A DNA stretch of 39,892 nucleotides from a virus, in the IMG/VR virus record IMGVR_UViG_3300045988_061665, positions 1-39,892 of that record; one strand, 5' to 3'. The notes under the pieces were generated by a model. It saw nothing but the letters and a program-made list of their open reading frames with translations, searched no databases and was not told the DNA's origin. Positions 1 to 7,323 of this stretch are shown in pieces (within the stretch, counting starts at the first letter, position 1; the number at the start of each line of letters is the position of its first letter). Made by a program: the position numbers and the translations under genes.

Positions 1-55
1 CACGGAATCGAACCGGAACCCAGGGCGCGACCCTGTCCATCTGCCATTGATGGTA
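1..55. repeat. Terminal direct repeat, copy 1 (identical to 39838..39892)
   Basis: cacggaatcgaaccggaacccagggcgcgaccctgtccatctgccattgatggta is present at both window ends. Confidence 0.95.
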
Positions 56-61
56 TGCTCC
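1..61 (-). ncRNA. tRNA-like element (degenerate cloverleaf) split by the contig junction; its 3' end lies at 39830..39837
   Basis: Minus-strand read: ggagcat ac catc aatggca gatg g acagg gtcgcgc cctgg gt tccgg ttcgatt ccgtg gtgttcc g. It has a 7-bp acceptor stem (2 G-U pairs), a D-arm with GG and a GGTTCGATTCC T-loop. Against a real tRNA: A8, a 2-nt variable region and a mismatched T-stem. Confidence 0.3.
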
Positions 62-188
62 ACATATACCGGATTGTCTCCGGTATTGCCCTTATTGATT
101 TTGTAAGGTCTATTAAGGAAGAACTTTTAGACCTTGCCGTAAAAGCGTGTCAGGGTTGTGTTTTATTGATACACTTTTCTCATTTTAA

Positions 189-197
189 ATTATAACA
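189..197 (-). promoter_or_regulatory. Candidate late promoter, extended -10 (TGTTATAAT on the minus strand) with no good -35
   Basis: The reverse complement of attataaca is tgttataat. It lies just downstream of the sigma-like regulator gene and upstream of the structured leader and terS. Confidence 0.4.
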
Positions 198-225
198 CAG
201 GTACCCCGGACGCGAACGGACACTT

Positions 226-678
226 TTATTTTTTTTCCAATTCCCTATTAATTTTCTTTCGGCAAGCCTCCCCGGTATATCCTTCTCCCATGGCGTCAGC
301 CACTTCATTCCATGTTTTTTCTTCGATAAAGAAGAATCTCATCATGCGCCGTGTCTCACTGTCTGGAATCTCGTTTATGTACTCCTCTACATCAAGGATC
401 ATATTTTCGATCCGGGCAAGACGTAATTCCTGCTTTGCTTTCCTTTCCCGCAGCCGGGCTCTCTTGCGATTAATCTGCGTATTGTCCTCATTTCCGTGTA
501 TCGTACAGATTCCGAGGGGTTTCTTCCCTCTTTTTCCCTTTGTTACCACGTCAGTGACTTCTTTGCAGATGGGAGCCATGGCCTGTATCTCTGTATCCAT
601 CTCCTGTATTCTTTTTTCCTCGTCTGCAAATTCCCGTTTAAGGCTTGCGCACTGCCGTAATATGCTCTTATCCATCAT
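226..678 (-). CDS. Putative late transcriptional activator, sigma-70 region-4-like HTH (DUF1492/RinA-ArpU-type position)
   Basis: The C-terminus IPDSETRRMMRFFFIEEKTWNEVADAMGEGYTGEACRKKINRELEK resembles a sigma region 4 HTH. The N-terminus is a coiled coil. The gene lies immediately upstream of terS across the junction. The start could be the second ATG (675). Confidence 0.6.
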   Translation of the reverse strand: MMDKSILRQCASLKREFADEEKRIQEMDTEIQAMAPICKEVTDVVTKGKRGKKPLGICTIHGNEDNTQINRKRARLRERKAKQELRLARIENMILDVEEYINEIPDSETRRMMRFFFIEEKTWNEVADAMGEGYTGEACRKKINRELEKK

Positions 679-684
679 TACCTC

Positions 685-1776
685 CTATGCCGCGAATAAC
701 TCATGTACCTGTTTCATTGATTCGTCGTCGTCGATGATATAACACTCTGACGTCGTATTGATATTGCTATGGCCGAGAATCCGCTGGATATCCTTAATTG
801 ACGCGCCATGCCTAGACATATATGTCGCAAGGTATGCCCGGAACATATGTGGGTGGAGATTAAGCCCGATCAGGCGTTTGTCAGACTCCACAATCGCATT
901 AAGCATGTGCCGGATACTATCATCACTCAGCCGTGTGTATATCCCACCCTTGCGGCGGAAGTTAAGGAACAACGCCGGATCGCAATCTGTGATCTGCCTG
1001 CGCTCCGCCAGATACTCCTCCAGGTGTACCAGCGCCCGCGGTGTGAAGAATGCCGGCCGCTCCTTGCGCCCCTTACCGTATATGATGCATTTCCCGGCCC
1101 TGATATCAATATCATTAAGGTCAAGCCCTACAAGCTCACTCACACGCATTCCAGTCGCGATAAGGACCTCAACGACCGCCCTATCTCGTATAGTCTGGCA
1201 ATCACACCGGATTATCTCGGCCTGCTCATCCGTCAGTACTGTACGCAACTTTTTCTCCGTCTTAACCTTGTTGATCTTGTCCATGGGATTCTTTTTCGGT
1301 TTCCTCATCAGACTGCCGCCGTCCTCGATCAAATCCTCCGACATGATCCACCGGTAAAAAGACTGTAAGGCGTGATACTTATTATTGATTGTCGTATCGC
1401 TGTTATGCTTAACGATCTGTCTCCAGGACAGGTATGCCCTTACGTCGTTGGTCGTTATATCTGCATAATGCTTTCTGCACCACTCGAAAAAGTTTCTGAG
1501 TTCCCCGCGATAGTTCTCAATTGTCCCGGCAGTCCGTTTCTCTAGCTGCATACACCGGAGCCACATTTCCACCACGCGCGGGGTATCGTCTATATACTCC
1601 GTCGGAAGCTGCCGGCCGGCGTAATCGTCTGCTAAGATCGTCTTGTCCATCAGATTCATGTAGAGGGCTGCCTTCACCTGATTAAGCCGTTCCTGCTCCG
1701 CCCACATGTCCATACTTGCCATCAATGTTTCCATCACCGTCATAACAAAATTGTCTGTATTAATCGCTGTCTGCAT
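685..1776 (-). CDS. Tyrosine recombinase, XerC/XerD-like (second recombinase, not in the lysogeny module)
   Basis: SAM-like N-terminal domain (ENYRGELRNFFEW, YHALQSFYRW). Catalytic residues are present: ATGMRVSEL (R), GKGRKER (K), HPHMFRAY (HxxR), LGHSN (H), ECY (Y). Confidence 0.9.
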   Translation of the reverse strand: MQTAINTDNFVMTVMETLMASMDMWAEQERLNQVKAALYMNLMDKTILADDYAGRQLPTEYIDDTPRVVEMWLRCMQLEKRTAGTIENYRGELRNFFEWCRKHYADITTNDVRAYLSWRQIVKHNSDTTINNKYHALQSFYRWIMSEDLIEDGGSLMRKPKKNPMDKINKVKTEKKLRTVLTDEQAEIIRCDCQTIRDRAVVEVLIATGMRVSELVGLDLNDIDIRAGKCIIYGKGRKERPAFFTPRALVHLEEYLAERRQITDCDPALFLNFRRKGGIYTRLSDDSIRHMLNAIVESDKRLIGLNLHPHMFRAYLATYMSRHGASIKDIQRILGHSNINTTSECYIIDDDESMKQVHELFAA

Positions 1777-1856
1777 ATTATAATCCTCCTCATGGTATGA
1801 TTTTCCAGTTGATTTATCACGCCTGAGTCGGTTATAATATACTCAGGCAATAGCTA

Positions 1857-1895
1857 AGCGGTGGCGCATATCTTCCCGGATATCCACCGCTTTTT
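1857..1895 (+). terminator. Intrinsic terminator-like hairpin followed by a T-run, functional orientation on the plus strand
   Basis: agcggtgg-cgc-atatc ttcccg gatat-ccaccgct followed by ttttt. On the minus strand no U-tract follows. Confidence 0.5.
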
Positions 1896-1930
1896 CATTT
1901 TCTCGCACATATGTTCTTTCTTTCGGTTTT

Positions 1931-2215
1931 TTATTTCCGGGGATTGCTCCCCGGATTCTTTCGCTGCCGCATCTGTAAAACCAGGTCCGGCAATAGCACA
2001 CTATCCAACACGCCACTCAGCAGCCTCACCAGCGCAAAGTACTTATACTTTGCCACGATTTTCCCTCGGTGCGCCTCTCCGGTGTGTCCCATAGCATCTA
2101 TACCTTGAGCCTTGTAGGTATGTACCATTACGTTGCGGCCGATCCGGTAGTACCGCTGGGCGGCCCGTATCTCCTTCTGACTTATGTACCCTGGCGGAAT
2201 CTCTTGTCGTTTCAC
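1931..2215 (-). CDS. Hypothetical protein
   Basis: 94-aa ORF. Its GTG start overlaps the upstream stop (GTGA), consistent with operon context. Confidence 0.5.
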   Translation of the reverse strand: MKRQEIPPGYISQKEIRAAQRYYRIGRNVMVHTYKAQGIDAMGHTGEAHRGKIVAKYKYFALVRLLSGVLDSVLLPDLVLQMRQRKNPGSNPRK

Positions 2216-2376
2216 TCAACATACCTCCTAACCTCTTCTACTGCATCATGCCAGCCGCGTGTATACAGTATATGATATTCGTGAGGCAACTCCATGCCGT
2301 TTATACGATCTCGTATCTCGGCGAGGCGCATCCGTAATGCCTCATTCTCACTTCTTAGCATATCTAACTCGTCCAT
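2212..2376 (-). CDS. Small coiled-coil hypothetical protein (54 aa, below the ORF-track cutoff)
   Basis: aaaggagg RBS 6 nt before ATG. Sequence MDELDMLRSENEALRMRLAEIRDRING... It is coupled to the next gene. Confidence 0.5.
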   Translation of the reverse strand: MDELDMLRSENEALRMRLAEIRDRINGMELPHEYHILYTRGWHDAVEEVRRYVE

Positions 2377-2399
2377 GTCTTCCTCCTTTAAATTACGAT

Positions 2400-2780
2400 T
2401 TAGGCACCGAAATGCCTTTCGATAAAAGCATCATTCTCGGCTTTCTTTTTTTGATAATAAGCCCGGTACGTTAACATTGTTCCCGTGTCTACTCCGTCCG
2501 GATTATTATCGCCACCTTTATACTTCACCGCGCCCGTTAATCTGTAGCCGTGATACGGCGGCGGTACTTCATTCTCCCAGGGAGGCATGAAGACGGCTCT
2601 TTCTGCTACTCCGATTCTCACAAGGTAATCCATGTACTTTTTTACTTGATACCGGCTCGTCCCCAGTATAGAAGCTATATTTACAAGGTTTATAATCCCG
2701 CATAATGGACACATGATATCAAGATCACATGATACGAGAACAGAAAACACCTTCCATGAATCTACTTTTTTATATTTCAT
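2400..2780 (-). CDS. Hypothetical protein (possible winged-helix)
   Basis: ORF with an aaggtg RBS before the ATG at 2780 (MKYKKVD...). Confidence 0.6.
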   Translation of the reverse strand: MKYKKVDSWKVFSVLVSCDLDIMCPLCGIINLVNIASILGTSRYQVKKYMDYLVRIGVAERAVFMPPWENEVPPPYHGYRLTGAVKYKGGDNNPDGVDTGTMLTYRAYYQKKKAENDAFIERHFGA

Positions 2781-2798
2781 TTTGCTCACCTTAATAAT

Positions 2799-3374
2799 TT
2801 ATTCATCTCTCAAGCGTACCGGTAAAACGATTTTCAAGTTCTCGCGTTCTCCCTTTCTTCCCGTTCTGATAATAACAGGGGATATAGGGTCGTATATGTC
2901 TATCTTAGCCATTTTCTTATCAGAGTCATAAGCACTTATGGAATCTAACGCATCTCTCAAATACTTTGCGTTAATTCCTACCGTAATCAATTTCTCTTTT
3001 CCCTGGTATTCCTTCAGCATCTTGTCAACGGGATAGTACTGTCCTTCCGGCTGCACATATCCCATTATTGACTCGCCTACCTGGACGTACAACCGGTTAT
3101 TACTCACTTCCAATTCCGCATAGTTGTCGTATTTTGTGATCTTCGGAATTGACGGCCTTATGTAACAAGTAAATGATTCGTCTGCTTCTACCAGATTTGC
3201 ATATTCAATTGAAATTCTATGTCCTTCCAATGCAGTAGCGCGAATTACCTTTTCTTTCGCGTCGATCTCCAGATATATCCACTGCATTAAAGTGGCGGTC
3301 ATTCCGTTTCCCACAAAACGCTTTGTGTTGTCAATGATTCTCTTAAATTCTCCAGCGTCTAATTTTGCTTTCAC
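2799..3374 (-). CDS. Short DnaN (beta sliding clamp)-like protein, about half the length of DnaN
   Basis: GTG start with an aaggagg RBS. The N-terminus (LMQWIYLEIDAKEKVIRATALEGHRISIEY) resembles clamp domain I. YYPVDKML...INAKYLRDAL...KIVLPVRL resembles the DnaN C-terminal domain and tail. Confidence 0.5.
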   Translation of the reverse strand: MKAKLDAGEFKRIIDNTKRFVGNGMTATLMQWIYLEIDAKEKVIRATALEGHRISIEYANLVEADESFTCYIRPSIPKITKYDNYAELEVSNNRLYVQVGESIMGYVQPEGQYYPVDKMLKEYQGKEKLITVGINAKYLRDALDSISAYDSDKKMAKIDIYDPISPVIIRTGRKGERENLKIVLPVRLRDE

Positions 3375-3400
3375 TTTTTCTTTCCTCCTTAGTGCTTCAC

Positions 3401-3550
3401 TTAATTAAGTGACCAATCCGGTGTTACTTCCGGCGTTACCTCATCACACTCGAATTCTGTGTCAACTATAATTTCAACATTAGCCCTATTTAATTTGAGA
3501 ATCAGGAGCTCAAAATCGCTAATGTGCGCCAGTGCATTAAAATCAACCAT
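3401..3550 (-). CDS. Small acidic hypothetical protein (49 aa), start uncertain
   Basis: ATG-initiated frame MVDFNALAHISDFELLILKLNRANVEIIVDTEFECDEV... filling the gap between two genes. Confidence 0.3.
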   Translation of the reverse strand: MVDFNALAHISDFELLILKLNRANVEIIVDTEFECDEVTPEVTPDWSLN

Positions 3551-3615
3551 TCCCCGGCCAAATAATGGGCGCCATTTTCCGTTCGGATCATATTTCGATA
3601 GTGTGAGATCAAATG

Positions 3616-3954
3616 CTAATCTAACTTAGCACCACAGTAAGGACAATAACCGATACCATGACCCTGATTACCTTTTTTATCGCTCCAGAATACCCATGTC
3701 CAGTACCCATTGATTTTCTCAATGCTTATGTTCTTAGCCTTATTTATAGTTTCACATTCATGATATTTACTTTCCTGCATATTGTTTTTCTCCTTCCAAA
3801 AATTCTCCTGAATAATTTTCTCTGTTTCTCTGGCTTTTTCTTCCAGTTTATTTCCTTGATGATACTCTAATTGATTTCCGTTTTTAAGCGAGGTCGCCAA
3901 TGAATCCATCAATAACACTTGATCCTCTAAAATTTTTTTCAGTAGTAAGTTCAA
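3616..3954 (-). CDS. Hypothetical protein with a C-terminal zinc-ribbon motif
   Basis: TTG start 6 nt after aggagg. Contains HEC...CPYCGAKL. Confidence 0.6.
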   Translation of the reverse strand: MNLLLKKILEDQVLLMDSLATSLKNGNQLEYHQGNKLEEKARETEKIIQENFWKEKNNMQESKYHECETINKAKNISIEKINGYWTWVFWSDKKGNQGHGIGYCPYCGAKLD

Positions 3955-4015
3955 TTATGTCCTCCTGTTCTGATGTTCTGAATTTTCTGGTAAATGATCG
4001 TTTTACGAATTAACC

Positions 4016-5053
4016 TTACGGTAATACTTCCGGAAAGTCTGTTATACTCATCTGCCCCTGTGCCTCCCATGTGGTCCATGGTATCCCTACATAATCCAAC
4101 ACTTCAGCCATACCCAAACCGCCCTTACATACTGGTTTCATGCAGAAATCATATTGATGCGGGTAAGAGGTTGCCATACGTTGGAATCTGTTAGGCTCTG
4201 GCTCCAGGTGTGCACCGAATGCGCAAAACATGCAGCCGGTCCGCTGCTCTCCAGTGAGGTAATACTCGCCGCATGGAGTCTGTTTGATATCGCCGTACAC
4301 AGAACAAATTTCAAGATCGTTTTCCACAACGTACCGTAGCACATCCTGTTTTGTCCAGAATCCCATAGGCTGGCTCTTGATTGTCTTGCCATCGTAGACG
4401 TTGCAGCCGGTATGTGCATATTGATGCGCCCTTTTAAAGCCTTCGTCCTGGGTGATCCCAATGTATGGATAACGTCCAGTTTCCCTTACAAACTTATCAA
4501 ATGGCTTCTTTTTCATCATTTCACAACACTTGTCCGTGGTCTCAAACGGTGCATTAATCAGAAATTGCCACTTGTCCGCCAACTTTCCAAAACTTCCTCT
4601 TTCATCTCCATTCAAGAGATAATTTCTGTGCCTGTCCGACAAATTACCATGTCGTAGCTTATACACCTTTCTGGCTGTTTCCTTGCTTATGAGCGGATAT
4701 CCATATGTAGTAATAACCTTACGGAATGTGATCCGCTTACCGTCTTTATCGACCGGATAAATTTCCCGAAATTCCCCACTGGCCTGCCGCGCAAACTTTA
4801 CAATTTCAGGGAATTCTAATCCTGTGTTGGAAAATACCGCCGGCACATCGTTTCCGACGGTCTCCCGAATCAGATGTAACAGGACCCGGCTATCCAGTCC
4901 TCCAGAATAACTCAGGTATACCATTCCTCCCCAGTTATCATACCATTCACGGATTCGTGTTTTGGTAAGCTGAAGCTTTATTTCCCATGGTAGGTATTTC
5001 CTCTGGCCGAACTGCCAGTCATTAAGTTTTAAATCGTCCTCTTTAATAAACAT
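4016..5053 (-). CDS. PAPS reductase-family (PP-loop ATPase) protein, IbrA/DndC-like
   Basis: PP-loop SYSGGLDS near the N-terminus. Cys-rich C-terminal region (CGEYYLTGEQRTGCMFCAFG). Confidence 0.8.
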   Translation of the reverse strand: MFIKEDDLKLNDWQFGQRKYLPWEIKLQLTKTRIREWYDNWGGMVYLSYSGGLDSRVLLHLIRETVGNDVPAVFSNTGLEFPEIVKFARQASGEFREIYPVDKDGKRITFRKVITTYGYPLISKETARKVYKLRHGNLSDRHRNYLLNGDERGSFGKLADKWQFLINAPFETTDKCCEMMKKKPFDKFVRETGRYPYIGITQDEGFKRAHQYAHTGCNVYDGKTIKSQPMGFWTKQDVLRYVVENDLEICSVYGDIKQTPCGEYYLTGEQRTGCMFCAFGAHLEPEPNRFQRMATSYPHQYDFCMKPVCKGGLGMAEVLDYVGIPWTTWEAQGQMSITDFPEVLP

Positions 5054-5110
5054 TTTCTGCGAAAGGAACCCGGCGCGCCTGTTTTCCGGAAAGGTTCCGG
5101 CTCCTTTCTC

Positions 5111-5431
5111 TTAATCAGTTTTTAGTGTATAAGTTTTTTCCGGTCGGGACCTCTGCGGATCAAAGTATATTTCATCAACAAGCCCGCGCTGCCGCTTTCC
5201 GTCATAATACACTAACCTACGGCGTCCACTATCCCCCTCTACAATCTTTTCTACCTGAACAACTTTGTACCAATTGTGACTTTCTGTGCTCATATCCATC
5301 ACAATCAATTTTCCCACCATATCCGTAATCTCGTTGAATGTTAATTCTCTTCCAAGGCAACATTCCTCGATCCAGTCCCCCGGCTGGAATTCCTTTGCCA
5401 TGAAATCAAACAGGCTTATTTGTCCTTCCAT
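5111..5431 (-). CDS. Hypothetical protein
   Basis: ORF in operon context. ATG preceded by a G-rich RBS; an alternative GTG lies at 5440. Confidence 0.6.
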   Translation of the reverse strand: MEGQISLFDFMAKEFQPGDWIEECCLGRELTFNEITDMVGKLIVMDMSTESHNWYKVVQVEKIVEGDSGRRRLVYYDGKRQRGLVDEIYFDPQRSRPEKTYTLKTD

Positions 5432-5466
5432 ATTTCCCACCCCCTTGTCCCTTCATACGGAAAATA

Positions 5467-5910
5467 TCAGTTTTGTGGATTAAGTAAATCCGGATTGTCA
5501 TAGATATTTCCAATTACCCGACAATCTTTTAATGCGTTCCAAAAGTCTTCATGACAATTATTCATTAACTCCACCACTTCGCTGTTATCACTTAAAAATT
5601 TGCCTAACTCAAACCTTCCATTATTCCACACAACAACAGCTCTATTTGTAAAATCAAATCCCTCTTTATATTCGTATCCTTCCTCTCCAGTGTCCTCAAA
5701 AGAAATAATATCGCCCTCAAAAATCTTCTTTGCATAATGGTCTAAGAGACTAGTATATTGACATACCGTGATAACATCTACCTCCATCCAATCCGTATAG
5801 CGTTCGTCAAAAACTGGCAGAATGTAGTGATGCCCTCTGCACCTCACGTAATACCCCTCTATCCACTTAGCCCCATCAATTTGTTTTCCACGAAATCTAA
5901 TGTTTCTCAT
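5467..5910 (-). CDS. YopX-family phage protein
   Basis: MRNIRFRGKQIDGAKWIEGYY... is a typical YopX N-terminus. ggagg RBS before the ATG at 5910. Confidence 0.75.
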   Translation of the reverse strand: MRNIRFRGKQIDGAKWIEGYYVRCRGHHYILPVFDERYTDWMEVDVITVCQYTSLLDHYAKKIFEGDIISFEDTGEEGYEYKEGFDFTNRAVVVWNNGRFELGKFLSDNSEVVELMNNCHEDFWNALKDCRVIGNIYDNPDLLNPQN

Positions 5911-5926
5911 GTTTTCCTCCAAAATG

Positions 5927-6316
5927 CTAATTTTTTAACTCAATCAGGGCATCGAATATATTTTTCGATAACTCATAATGTTTACAGCGCTTTGATTCAT
6001 TTTTTATAACCAGATCACCGGTTATTCCAAACATCTCCGAAACATCGGTTCGCTCCTGCTTATTTGTGCAATTTCCGTTCACATTCCATGCACAGTTAGC
6101 GCACTGTTTCTTTATCTGGATTTTTTCGGCAGCATGGCTTAGCTTGCCTAACATACAATCGCAGCCCTCGTCAACTGTACTTGACGGTATATACCGGCTG
6201 CGTCCGGTACCGTAATCCACTTCATCGTATCCATCACGGTAGGTATATGTTCGGGTTTTCCCGCAATACGGACATAATTTTTCAAGTGTCTTTCGCTGTG
6301 GTGTAGTACTATACAT
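5927..6316 (-). CDS. Cys-rich hypothetical protein (putative Zn-binding)
   Basis: CPYCG, CDC, CANCAWNVNGNC motifs. Confidence 0.6.
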   Translation of the reverse strand: MYSTTPQRKTLEKLCPYCGKTRTYTYRDGYDEVDYGTGRSRYIPSSTVDEGCDCMLGKLSHAAEKIQIKKQCANCAWNVNGNCTNKQERTDVSEMFGITGDLVIKNESKRCKHYELSKNIFDALIELKN

Positions 6317-6548
6317 TTTCCTGATCCCCTTTCCATTCGATCACCAGCTCCGGTACCGTTATACATCTCGGCTGCCCTGGCACCATCTTGATAATCCCGG
6401 CGTCTGCCATCTGCTTGAGATGCAGGTGTACACTGCTCTTGCTCTCCAGTCCTACGCCTTCCCCGATCTCTCTCACCGAGGGCGGCCAGCCGTGGGCTAT
6501 AGTGTACTGGACTATGTAGTCCCTGATCTGCTTATGACGCTCTTTCAT
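6309..6548 (-). CDS. LexA N-terminal DNA-binding-domain-only protein (no S24 peptidase domain)
   Basis: IRDYIVQYTIAHGWPPSVREIGEGVGLESKSSVHLHLKQMADAGIIKMVPGQPRCI matches the LexA winged-helix domain pattern. The ORF ends after 79 aa. Confidence 0.7.
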   Translation of the reverse strand: MKERHKQIRDYIVQYTIAHGWPPSVREIGEGVGLESKSSVHLHLKQMADAGIIKMVPGQPRCITVPELVIEWKGDQENV

Positions 6549-7323
6549 GGTCTGCCTTTCCGGCCTCGTGAAGCATCTCAGCTACGGTCTCCGCAAATTT
6601 CTTTTTCAGGCCTATATCATTGTCAACAAGTTCTTTACTTTTGATGCTCCGTTTGCTTCTGGTTTTCTCTCTGTACCTTGCCTCTGCCGCCTCGAAGTCA
6701 GCACCATTTTTTCGCATCTCCCGCCATACTGCCGCATAGGTTGAGCAGCCGTTTGTACTCCTGTCTGCTCTCGCCTCAATAAGTGGTTGAATGATCTCCT
6801 GTCTTGTCAACGCAAGTTTTGCAGCTTCCGCCGCCTGAGCTTTCTCTTCTCGTAATCTGCATTCCTCCTCAAAATTGAAAAGGATTGATTCGAAAAGATT
6901 CCTTAACTTCTCGCTCTGTGAAATGGCCTCAAGTGTTGATGGTTTTTTATCCGATCTGCCTTTACAGTCTTTTACTTCCTGCGCCAGGCAGACCCCATAC
7001 TTCCGATCCATCTTAAGATATATTTTCCGCAGCACGGTATTTAACGAATCATTCTGCTTCGGATATCTCTTCGCCAGTTCAGTACCTCTTTTATTCATGT
7101 TCATTTTCCAGATCATGCACGGGTCCGGCTCCCCTTCCTGTTTTCTGACCGGCCCTGCTGTCTTCTTTTTTTCCGCCGGAGGCTCCGACTCTGTATTTAT
7201 CATTTCCTGCAGCTCCCGTAATCTGCCGTCAAAGTATGTAATCAATTCCGTTCTGAGTTCCGCAAATTTGGAATCCATGTATACCCTGTCAACAAAGTTT
7301 TCGGGATTATATCTCTTTCCCAT
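6532..7323 (-). CDS. Hypothetical replication-module protein
   Basis: 263-266 aa ORF downstream of the replisome organizer. No NTPase motif seen. Confidence 0.6.
   Translation of the reverse strand: MGKRYNPENFVDRVYMDSKFAELRTELITYFDGRLRELQEMINTESEPPAEKKKTAGPVRKQEGEPDPCMIWKMNMNKRGTELAKRYPKQNDSLNTVLRKIYLKMDRKYGVCLAQEVKDCKGRSDKKPSTLEAISQSEKLRNLFESILFNFEEECRLREEKAQAAEAAKLALTRQEIIQPLIEARADRSTNGCSTYAAVWREMRKNGADFEAAEARYREKTRSKRSIKSKELVDNDIGLKKKFAETVAEMLHEAGKADHERAS

Noticed and set aside
1-55. The terminal 55-bp repeats as attL/attR of an integrated prophage in a tRNA gene
   Set aside because: The repeats are far from the integrase, and the integrase has its own attP-like site at about 17.33 kb. 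The flanks of the two repeat copies are mutually complementary, forming one continuous element when circularised. No host-like genes are present at either end. Assembly overlap is the simpler explanation.
1-61. The junction tRNA-like element as a suppressor tRNA supporting stop-codon recoding (prompted by the in-frame TAA/TAG at 14744 and 14801)
   Set aside because: The candidate anticodon loop (gtcgcgc) contains no CTA/TTA/TCA anticodon and the fold is non-canonical. All other genes give long uninterrupted ORFs under the standard code.
290-1368. Long plus-strand ORFs (290..742, 758..1357, 808..1368) antisense to the regulator and recombinase genes
   Set aside because: They are shadow frames of well-supported minus-strand genes, with no RBS and low-complexity Ser/Arg/Leu-rich products. 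The same applies to most other antisense or nested ORFs in the track, for example 4138..4461, 10618..10965, 16426..17402, 17607..18065, 21382..22101, 27228..29456, 29410..29715, 32909..33498, 36804..37241 and 39018..39877.
3551-3615. Coding-looking frame (…AFDLTLSKYDPNGKWRPLFGRG) upstream of the ATG of the 49-aa ORF, hinting at a -1 frameshift from 3616..3954
   Set aside because: It is only about 22 stop-free codons, which is expected by chance reasonably often. No slippery heptamer is present at the required position.
5054-5110. Intergenic hairpins (ggaacc...ggttcc, ccgga...tccgg, ggcgcgcc palindrome) as a terminator
   Set aside because: No U-tract follows on the transcribed strand and the spacer is short. 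They may be structural, but there is no basis for a specific call.
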